From assembly GCA_030141605.1 (NCBI GenBank), contig JAQGDQ010000023.1:496001-560000 (forward strand): DNA of 64,000 nt, written 5' to 3'. Position numbers and translations under genes: made by a program. Under the pieces are notes generated by a model that saw nothing but the letters and a program-made list of their open reading frames with translations, was not told the origin of the DNA and ran no database searches. Shown piece after piece: positions 51,125 through 62,100 of this stretch; position 1 is the first letter of the stretch, and each line of letters opens with the position of its first letter. The DNA is from Tubiluchus corallicola (taxonomy: Eukaryota > Animalia > Priapulida).

Positions 51125-53687
51125 TCAAAAATGTTACCGTCGTGAATGTAGTGCAAATTAAAGGCCATAAGGCCCAGTTGCAACAAAATTTTTTTCCTGT
51201 TTTCATTGCTACAGCTATGTGAAGATGGAACACGAAGAATGTATCCTGTAAGCTAATCAGTTCGGTTAATCAGTATCAGTAGCTGTATTCTATGATCTCT
51301 GTTTTTCAGTAAGTTCTTTGACCAGTAAAGTCTTTGAATGAAACAGAACTTGATATCATTAGCTGAGAGCTTGGAATAAATGCAGGATATCAGCAGTAAT
51401 TTCATTTGTCAATTTTAGTTACCTGTGTTGTTAGTTTTGGCTCAGAGCCAACACAAGTACACGTAATGCACTTACATAACTGCACCCAATGCAAGGAATT
51501 ATTTCTTAAGCAGTGATGGATACAATTACCTCTTGTAATGAATGGTTAGGAAACATGTCAATTCTTTTTTGGGTCTGTCTATTTGTTCTAATTCATTTCA
51601 AGGAAGGTAGGTAATCCTGTACTCAAGCCAGAATATCGTGTGTAAAATTATTTTATCTATTTATTGTCAAAACTTGTCATGTACGATAATGCTTTTTTCT
51701 GTATGTTCTGTTCAGTGTGCCCTGTACTGGTGATATCTGTAATGCCAAATTGCTGAATATTACCTAAATTAATTCCCAGAAAGTGGTTTTTTCTAGGATC
51801 ATGGAAGTAAAGTTAACTTGATAAATTGCAGTGTGTGCATTTATAATGACTATCACATCAACTGCCAGATGAATAGGTTATATATATATATTTACTTAAC
51901 ATAACCTAGGTATGTACATTTCAGTCTGCTTAGTACAGTTTCCAAATTCAATGTTCTACTACATCTGTTACATTTTTGTGGTCTTTTGTTTTTAGCATAG
52001 CTCCACATTTTTCGGCATACTATAATTTGCCTATTCACACTGCCATATTGCCAAGCATAGTTTCTCTGATATCTGTAACTACCATGTCATCTGTGATGAG
52101 TAGAAGAATATATATATATATATATACAAGTTAAGTGTTCCTGTACTATACATGTACCTCATTACGTGCTAGAAGTTTTTTCTTATGTTGAAACTGTAGA
52201 ACTTGTTACAATAAACAACTCATTCTGTGTGGTTCTACAGTTTTTAAATGGCACTCAATAATGTTGACAATCACATTGTCATTTGTGGAGAACCCAAATT
52301 TTAATGAACTGAATAGTGACATAAGTGATTGGATGATACTTGATAGGCAGCATGTGCCTGTGTTGTTCAGATCAGAAAAAAACCTAATCACCTTGTTGCA
52401 TGTAACCACATACACGTATATAACTAATATTTGATTTTTGTTAAGATTTTTCTTGGACCAATAACTTGAGTACTGACTTTTTGAAAATGAAGACCCAACC
52501 AATGGTTTTCAAATCTTGCAGTCATAAACAAGCATTATTGTCAAATTTCTCCATCTGGCAAGGATTAATTATGGTGTGTGAAGACAAATGAAACACTTCG
52601 AAGAGATCATTAGTAAAAAAAATTGATTAACAGATGATACCTTTATAATACATAGAATTTATTAAGTATACCTTTACCTAATGCACGGCTTTTACTGCAC
52701 CTTAGTCTAAATACAGCTTATGATCGAAAATCGATTGAACAGAACAAAACTGGCCTTGATATACGTTTATAATGAAAAGATTTAGGGACACGTGAGACTG
52801 TCACTAGGTATTTAAGGAATTTTTGTTAGAGTTTATTTGTATTACAATGCAGATTATAACTTTATAGGATCAGTACTGGTATTTCTACATAGTTATTTTA
52901 AACTTAGCAGACTGCAATGATTTTATCATGTTTCAGTTTTTATTATGAAGTTAGTACAGAATTATATAACTTAACCACATTTAATCATAGTCATTTAAAG
53001 CTTAGTGATTCAATTGATAAAAACTGTTTCTAAACTACTTTCCCTTTTGTAATAATTACAAGCTTATTAAAATGTGTCAGTTGGTATCTACATTTTATTG
53101 TGAAGTGTTTGGAAATCTTTAGAACTTTTATGTTACATTATATTAATATATATATAATTATAATAATATATACATTATATAACTACTTTAGCTGCTGCCA
53201 TTGAACTTTAGTCAAGTTTAATCCATACAGTAACTTTTGCTGAACAGGCAGTGGTAGCGCTATTATTACATTGGTGCTGATAATCATACTAGTCCAGATT
53301 TAATAGTTTTAAAACTACATTGTGAGAAACACAGTTACCTGTAAAACTGAAACAAATACATTGCATAATTTGAAATCAATAAATTTTTATTTTCTTCATC
53401 ATTTAAAAATGATATTTTTTGCCTTTCTAGCATAGCATACATTGAAAAAAACTTTTGCATGCCGAGTCGAAGTGCTTTGTTGAAAATCTTGGAAAATAAA
53501 GAGTTGCAATTAAATTTTCACTGAGCACAGTCCTGCTGAACTTAAGATTATTTCTATTTGGTGAAGACAGTGGTTCTCAAGTACTAGACAACACAGAAGA
53601 AAAAACAGTAGGCAATATCCACAAAATTGGCAGGCAGGTTGTTAAAACATAAAAGAGCTCTCCTGAGACTTGCCATTTTAGCTTAAA

Positions 53688-53901
53688 GAAACCTTGAAGG
53701 CACTTGCAGTCGCAAAATAATTATTTTTATTTTTCCAGAAGCTTTCACCCTAGCGGGCATCATCAGATGTACAGACTGTGCTGCTAACCGGAGTGTGACT
53801 TTCACTGGTTAGCAGCGCTGTCTATGCAACTGATGAGGCCAGGCATAGCGAAAGCTTTTGTAAGAAATAAAAATATTTTGAGACAAGGGCATTCAACGTT
53901 T
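53688..53901. mobile_element. Fold-back element with hammerhead-ribozyme-like cores on both strands (Penelope pLTR-like)
   Basis: + strand CTGATGA-ggccaggcatagc-GAAAGCTT from 53830; - strand CTGATGA-tgcccgctagggt-GAAAGCTT from 53766; the ~100-bp arms are reverse complements. Confidence 0.7.
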
Positions 53902-53962
53902 GTCTAGGCAGATTATCCCACGAACTGTAAAAACAAATTAATAAACGATATTCATTTTCTGG

Positions 53963-55357
53963 TCAACTGGATCTGTTTTTTTGGTGGTGGACAATTTTAC
54001 TAGCTTCCTCAGAATATTTGTCACTAGAAGACGTGGCAGCAAAATATTTTTGGCGGAAGCTACTCTTGTAATGATTTTCACGAATTTTAGCAACCGTATC
54101 TCCTTCAACTTCATCAATATCACAAATTTTTTCCATCGTTATCAGACGTCTGCTAATATTCGTAGCCAGTATTTGTTCACTGTTAGAGATCAGTTTCAAA
54201 CATGAGTGAGCTGGCACATTCTTTTCACTGTACTCTGGCCTGTATACTGGTAACCAGTAAACTAATCTACCACCCACTTTTAAAATTTTTGCAGAGAAGT
54301 TTAACAGATCTTTAAACAAGTCAGCTAGTTTATACTGCACACCTTCATTCTTATCACAATCACCGCTATTTTCCTCTGTATCAGAACACTTCTGTGATTT
54401 GGTTTTCCTTGTCGCTTCTCTAATTCCATACGGAGGGTCAGTAATGATGGCATCACAGAACAATTCAGTCCTCCAAACCGGCTTTGATGCATCGGCTAGA
54501 ACTACTCCAATATAGTTATTAATTAATTTGTATTGTTGAAAGTTTGCCTGTATATTTTCATCAGGTCCTCGATATTTTTTATTAGGTCGACTTGACTTGC
54601 CTCTGCCATGTATGACTTTGTAGTCTATATCAGCACCTATTACATAAGCACCAAATGCAGCAGCAGCTATTAATAAGCTGCCAGTTCCAACGAAGGGGTC
54701 GAGCACAATAGAATTTTTTTGTACTTTAGCTTGATTTGCCATGATGAGAGACAATTGTGAATCCATTGATGTATTCCCTATGTGCTTACGTTGTTGTAGA
54801 TGATATAATCTCACTTTATCTCTTTGTCCATCCATTATCCACCTACCAAAATAGATGCATTGTGGAACAGTTGGTGGTTCTGTGTTATAGTGTTCTAGCA
54901 AATGAAAACTATGTTGTGCTTTGCGCAAATCTACACGTCCTTCAAAAGGCAATGTAGAAAGTATCTCATCAATTCGCTTAAGTTTGTATGTGGTTTGCAG
55001 AGATTTTCCAAAGGCGTCGATTCGAAGCCTGAAAGATGTGTTGCTTCTGAGATAGGGATTCTTTAATTCTGTCGGATAAGCAGCTAGTTGTGCATACAAT
55101 TCATCATGCGATGGCGCTGATGCCCAAAGTTCATACATAGATCTGATTAAAATAGTCCTTTTCATAATTTTGCATGCTTCTTCGTCAGTTTTTAACTCTA
55201 ATACAAGAAATGGGTTTTCATGATTGTACAACTGTTCGTCAAGTTTAAGCTTGAGATTTTGTAGAATCGAAATAGATTTTAGTTCTGGAAGTCTAAAATC
55301 TATGTGTTCATTTGCATACAAAAACAAATATTTTCTGCAAATTCCACTAACAGCCAT
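53963..55357 (-). CDS. TRMT11: tRNA (guanine-10-N2)-methyltransferase TRM11 homolog, intronless CDS, ~464 aa
   Basis: EHIDFRLPEL, IYFGRWI.DGQR, IGNTSMDSQLSLIMANQ, DPFVGTGSLL, DAIITDPPYGIRE, GGRLVYWLP, SRRLITMEK; first ATG at 55357. Confidence 0.96.
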   Translation of the reverse strand: MAVSGICRKYLFLYANEHIDFRLPELKSISILQNLKLKLDEQLYNHENPFLVLELKTDEEACKIMKRTILIRSMYELWASAPSHDELYAQLAAYPTELKNPYLRSNTSFRLRIDAFGKSLQTTYKLKRIDEILSTLPFEGRVDLRKAQHSFHLLEHYNTEPPTVPQCIYFGRWIMDGQRDKVRLYHLQQRKHIGNTSMDSQLSLIMANQAKVQKNSIVLDPFVGTGSLLIAAAAFGAYVIGADIDYKVIHGRGKSSRPNKKYRGPDENIQANFQQYKLINNYIGVVLADASKPVWRTELFCDAIITDPPYGIREATRKTKSQKCSDTEENSGDCDKNEGVQYKLADLFKDLLNFSAKILKVGGRLVYWLPVYRPEYSEKNVPAHSCLKLISNSEQILATNISRRLITMEKICDIDEVEGDTVAKIRENHYKSSFRQKYFAATSSSDKYSEEASKIVHHQKNRSS

Positions 55358-55581
55358 CAAAAGACACAAAAGTAGACGCGTTATATCAGTTTAAAAAGGT
55401 GTTGTCCTTTTTGAACACTGTGACTAGTAGGCCTACTAGTATTTCATTCACGAAGAACGTTAAAGAGTGCAATAATGCCTGGGCACTAACTACAAAACTT
55501 ATAAAACCATCTCAGGCGAAATGCCATAGCACGTTTTAACAATGTTCAAAGTTTAGCTCCTGACATCATTAGTTCATTAAG
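55358..55581. promoter_or_regulatory. Putative bidirectional promoter between TRMT11 and ERAL1
   Basis: Divergent start codons separated by 224 bp; perfect 18-bp palindrome actagtaggcctactagt at 55423-55440. Confidence 0.6.
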
Positions 55582-56068
55582 ATGTTCAGCAGTGTTCAAC
55601 TTAGGTTGTTGTTGTTTTACATAAAACGTAACAAAGTAGCACTACCGTGTAACACTTGTTCACGCCAGGCCGAGAGGCAAGAAGTCGAGAACTCTAGTGC
55701 AAAGTAGCAAACTTGAATGCGCAATACATCATACTTGATCAACGTTAAATTTTATTCCGTTTATTCTACAGATTACTCTTAATTTTATTATCATCTGTGT
55801 TATTTGTTTTGGCGTCCAGTGTAAATTACGATGACAGCTAGATTGCCTATTTGACATCTTTTCTGCCTAACTTATATTCTGCCATTAAACATTTTCAGTT
55901 TAATTTAGTTAATAATTCTGTTGTTCATGTCTACATTGTGGTGTGCTTTCACTGGTTCCATTTTGCTTTCTTTTTCTAGAATAATCGATTGTTAATTTGC
56001 CTATACACTTTCAATTTTCATTAATGTTCATCTTCACGGTAGTGTAATTTTAGGTATAATAATTACAG

Positions 56069-56128
<60 letters not shown>

Positions 56129-59100
56129 CGTTATTATTCTTATTCTTATTTTTATTATTATTATTATTATTATAAATGTTATTGTTGTTTCTGCTGTTGT
56201 TTCTCTCTGTTATTCTTAACAATAGCAGTGTTTGTTTAGGGATTCTCTGCCCAAATTTATTCAGCAAAATCATTTTGGATTAGCATTTCAATTTGTTGTT
56301 CAGCATAAAGATCCTAAGCTCCAAATAAATTAAAATGCAGTAATAGTTACCTGATTTTCATTTGTTTTTTTAAATAATTACGAGACAAAAATCATAATTT
56401 CAACACTAAGTTCAAGGAGTAAGTCAAAGATCTCTACGGTGCGCTAATTATTTGCACGATGTAAACTGGAAACATGTCAGCTAGCATGAAGCGTTCGTGT
56501 TTTTCCAAATTGTTAATGCCAAATCATGGTAATTAATATAAATTAAGTTATGTGTTATTAGTTTTAGTTAACACTGTATTTTGTTCGTTCGCAACATTAC
56601 TTTTGCAAAACTGAAAAAGATATACGAAAAGCAAAGGTGGAAAAGTATACAATAAGTCCTCGCTTAACGACTGCGTTTAGCGACGCTTGGTTTTAACGAC
56701 GCTGAACATTTCACACCTTTTTGTCACTTAACGACGCACGTTTCATTTTAGCGAGGATTTTTTTTACTTTGCTTACAACTTATTATTATAATTTTATTAC
56801 AACGGCTTTTTATTTTATCTACAACTTTTATACATAATTTGAAGTATTTTAGCGGTACAAATTGCGTTATTCTGTTCTAAAAACGCATTAGTAACCCAAA
56901 CAGTGCAATTATTATAATGGCTTGGCTTACTGACTGACTACATACTAAATTCTAGCCGTTTGCATTAAGCGAGATTTATTTGCCAATTTATACGTCTCCA
57001 AGCACCCGAGTTTAATTTTGTCTGTAACTTGTTGCTATAACAACCAGATTAGTACTACCTGAAATTGTTTCAAGGTCGCTTTATACAGGGCTTGGCTTTC
57101 ACTGTGCAGTATTTAACTGCTGACTGCCTGTATACAGGCTTCAAGAGACCGCTAGCAAGTCTAGCTAGATATTAATATGAAAGATAAGTTTCATGCAAAC
57201 AGAAAGAAATAATCTATGAACTATGAAAAAAAATACAATATCAAACACATTAATAAATGTTAAATAAAATAATTTGAGTAGTGTGAGGTGAGTGTACGAC
57301 CATACGGTCATTAACACACTCACCTTACTTAAATGAAAAAATGATTATAATTATGCATGCTTCTGTAGATAACTTAATGAAAATAAGGATGAAATAATGT
57401 TGTAATAATAGCAATGGTATAAGAGCAATAAACCTGAAAGTTGAGAAAGGAAAACATAATATGTAATTACGACTTTGAGTGAGCCTTAAAGAGTGAAAAA
57501 AGTTTTTAAATAGTTATGAATTTGAATTAGGTGATTATCTGTCAATGCACCACTTACTTGTATTACAATGCACCATATTACTTACTTGTATATACAATGA
57601 TATACATATACACATATATGTACCCAAATTTAAATAGAACATTTAAATGGTAGTAATGTAGCCATCATAACCATTAAAGATGGGCTATGGGGCGCGGGGG
57701 GGGCAAATTATAAGAATATAAGTGATTCATTAGCAAAATTAATGGTACAATAATACATCCAAAATTTTTCGTATCATGAGAAAAATAATGTTGATTATAT
57801 GTGGGCGAAGAGAGGTTATATTATAAGTCGTTATAACCAAATAATTTTATAAATATGGCTATTAAGAACAATCGTAATGCCATAATATGCATATAATATT
57901 ATGTATAATGAAGTGATAGGGGCATTTATTGGCAAAGTGTGATTCGTAATCGAAATTAAAACTAAAATAATATATTCGATTATACTAGGTGAATGATAAT
58001 GATACTTTTCTCACATAAATTAATTGGTCAACTAATCAAGCAAATACTCTGCTGGTTATAAGCTAAGAGCATTCAAGGGCTTATTTTCAAAGTAGAAACA
58101 GATATAGATATAGGCTGCAATGAATGAATAATTTCATTTTAATTGATTTATACCTTTTGTTAATAAAGTAACAAAAGTCGTAAAGATACCTATTAGTAAA
58201 GGAAAAACACTAGTGCAAAAAGACACATGTGCACAAAAAAAGATAACATCTGTAGATAATCAGTAAAAATATGAATAAAACTCATTAAAGGTTTGATGTA
58301 CATGATTTAAACAGCAACGATTTTTGCTTCTTGGACTCATCTCAGTTCTTTTACATTACTTTCTATGGAAGTCTTGGTTTCGTTTAACGAGCATTTCATT
58401 TAATGTCGCATTTTGCTGAAATGCATTAGCATCATTCAGCGAGGACTTACTGTACAACACCTTGCAATTTGAAGAGAGAATTTAACGACAAATCGAAAGA
58501 AAGACTGTCAAACATAATAGCTATAAAATGACAAATAGCTGAGATAAAATAAGCATGTATTGAGAAGGGTAAAGCAAAATAACATAATAAGAAAATGGTT
58601 TTCCTTGCTGTAAGGTTGCTGTTTCTTCATAAATATTATCTTATTTCAGAGTATTTATTACTAACAACTACACACTTTTCATTTCTTATTTAGGTATTTG
58701 TCTGAAATGTTGGAGCCAGTTCTATAAATTGCCAGTGCCCTTACTTGTTCGCTTTGTGTCCCAGCTAGCAGAATCAGATGTTTCTAATTCAACTGCAACT
58801 GCAGAAAGAAATGTTAGCCGATCAAATGGTAACTGAGTAGAAACTTTAACTAACTTTTCGACACTGCCACTTTATAATCTTTGTGGCTTCTTGGTAACTG
58901 TTTATGTCTAGTTGGGATAAATAGTAATTACAACAGTAGTGTATATTTTTAAGAGGAAGAAATGTGAATTTTATAGTATATCCCAAAAGAATCTTCCGTA
59001 GAAGGTTCAAAGTTTTATAGTACTTAGCATTATGCTTACTTATTTGAGTGATGCACGTAATTGGAAAAGAAAATATTCTTAATCATTGGAACTAAAAATT

Positions 59101-62100
59101 AATAGAGGTACTTCAAAGAAAAATTCTGCTTTGCCTGAAACAATGAGTTATATGTTCTGAACAAATGAACATTGCAGTGAATGACATAAACTTAGAACGT
59201 TCAACTACAGTACAATACATTGTAGGTATAGTGCTATAACTTTGAACATTTGATAACTTCAAACTATGCAACTATGAACTGTAAGTGAACAGAGCACTAA
59301 CATCAAAGAACTTGAAACTTTATAATGCAAAAGAACTAACTCTTCGAACTAGAACTAGCAAAAACTAAGAGATGGAAAATCAAGTACATGTCACCTAAGA
59401 TAATACTAATGAGATCAACGCCAGTAGGAAAGCATCTAGAAACTCAAGAAGATTTATAGTTTCCGCAGGGGCCAAGGTCCTAGAGGCAAAACTGATAGGC
59501 CTTTCAATACCATCTGGAACCTATGAGCAATAACAGCTCCCAAGCCGTAAGGCGAAGCATCAATTGATAAAATCACTCTTTCTCAGGATCACTTCTTTGT
59601 TCACTGTTCACTTTGATCACTTCTTTGAAATTCATTGTTCAGGCCTTTTATTCTGAAAATTAGGACGCTGAGCGTTTAGACAAATCAACATGTCACTGAC
59701 AGAGGTGAAAAGTTGACACAGGAAAGTCTCCTCCCATTAACACAGAAAATCACAAAAACTCGGAAATAATGAAAAGCTTTCTCTTTTCTTTTGGGATGGA
59801 AAGGAATGTTTGGGGCTAGGATTTTGAACTTGAGAAAAGTTTACAATTGAGCTTTGTTGTCTGGATTATGTATGTGGAGATGTTTTTTATTTCGTGTCCT
59901 AAATATTTTTCTTAAATATAAATATCAAATTTTATGATTGTGAATTATGAATGGTTGAAAATTAAGTCTAGTACTTGGCTTCCCATTTCCAGATGAGTAC
60001 AAGAAATGGCTTAATGCCTGTCCTGCACAACCATCCAATCCACTCTTATTACGAGTTGCCATTCTCGGAACTCCCAATACCGGAAAGTCAACGCTGACAA
60101 ATCACTTGCTGGGACAGAGGGTGAGTATGATTTTAATAGCTCTTTTAAAGTATTATAAAGACAGCTTATTTGATAACGAGTTGTAAACTTAGTCATACAA
60201 ATAATTATCTCTTGCGTCTAACATAATTAATACAATGGGTGCCATTTACTAGACTCACGGTTAATAGAATCATTTGCTTAATGGACTTATAGACGTCTAG
60301 TATGAGACTCGGTTGACTCATTGTTTTTACTGCATGTACTTAAACTGGAGCATACCGTACAAATAGCTGTTACCACTTTAGATGATATTTGTTTCACTTT
60401 TGTACATTATAATATGTGTAAACGAAGCATGTTTTGTTTGTAAGCAGGTACATTTATTATATTCGCCCAATAAGCTAGCATAACAATTTTCTTTGAAAGC
60501 ATTACTTGTTTGCCCCAGTCAGCCTCATTGTTCAAGAATTTATACCCTTAATTACTGACAGTGTATTTGCTTTTGAAGTTTCCTGCTGTGCACAGCAATC
60601 TTTGCGATATTACAAGCGTAAAGGTGATGCTCACGAGATGCACAAACCTTAGTCGTGTGGTAGCTGTTTTACATGAATATGAGCTGAGATTATAAGCATT
60701 TTTATAACTGTGAAAACATTATTGGCCAACTTCTTCACAAAAAATGAAAAGGTCGACCATACACATATTCCTATGTTTTTAGTGTGAATAAACAAATTCT
60801 TGTAGTTCTTTAAAAGCAGAATTTTTTATTTACTTTTTTTTACTAATTAACTTTTATAAAAATAGTGTTTTAACTAATTTCAGATATTATAAATATTTCT
60901 CGGACATTCAGTTCAGGCATTAATTTGCTTCTGAAATTCATTTAAGCTTTGGGACTTTTGTATTGTATACAAGATGATGACTCATACACCTTAAGCATGA
61001 AGTAAGACCTTGTCCCAATGACTTGGTGGGTTAATTGGGTCAGAACACTTTAGTCCCAAAGTGAATTTGCTAAACAACGTGTCCGCTGTATTGCGTTTCA
61101 GTTTTTACCATTGCTATTTACTGTAGTGGTAAATTTAAATATAGTATGATCTTGTTCTTAGGTAGATATCTGTTATTTGTAACACTGATGTAGATTTTGG
61201 CATTTCAAAATTCGTTTATTTTGACTTAATTTGATTCTTTAGTAACTCATGACTGTTGTCTGAAAATAAAGATATTTTGATGATTTGTTTTTAAGCTGAA
61301 TTTTCAGGCATTTGATTCTTTAGTAACTCATGACTGTTGTCTGAAAATAAAGATATTTTGATGATTTGTTTTTAAGCTGAACTTTCAGGCATTTGATTCT
61401 TTAGTAACTCATGACTGTTGTCTGAAAATAAAGATATTTTGATGATTTGTTTTTAAGCTGAATTTTCAGGCATTTGATTCTTTAGTAACTCATGACTGTT
61501 GTCTGAAAATAAAGATATTTTGATGATTTGTTTTTAAGCTGAATTTTCAGGCATTTGATTCTTTAGTAACTCATGACTGTTGTCTGAAAATAAAGATATT
61601 TTGATGATTTGTTTTTAAGCTGAATTTTCAGGCATTTGATTCTTTAGTAACTCATGACTGTTGTCTGAAAATAAAGGTATTTCGATGATTTGTTTTTAAG
61701 CTGAATTTTCAGGCATTTGATTCTTTAGTAACTCATGACTGTTGTCTGAAAATAAAGATATTTCGATGATTTGTTTTTAAGCTGAATTTTCAGGCATTTG
61801 ATTCTTTAGTAACTCATGACTGTTGTCTGAAAATAAAGATATTTTGATGATTTGTTTTTAAGCTGAATTTTCAGGCATTTGATTCTTTAGTAACTCATGA
61901 CTGTTGTCTGAAAATAAAGATATTTTGATGATTTGTTTTTAAGCTGAATTTTCAGGCATTTGATTCTTTAGTAACTCGTGACTGTTGTCTGAAAAGAAAT
62001 ATTTTGATGATTTGTTTTTAAGCTGAATTTTCAGGCATTTGATTCTTTAGTAACTCATGACTGTTGTCTGAAAATAAAGATATTTTGATAATTTGTTTTT

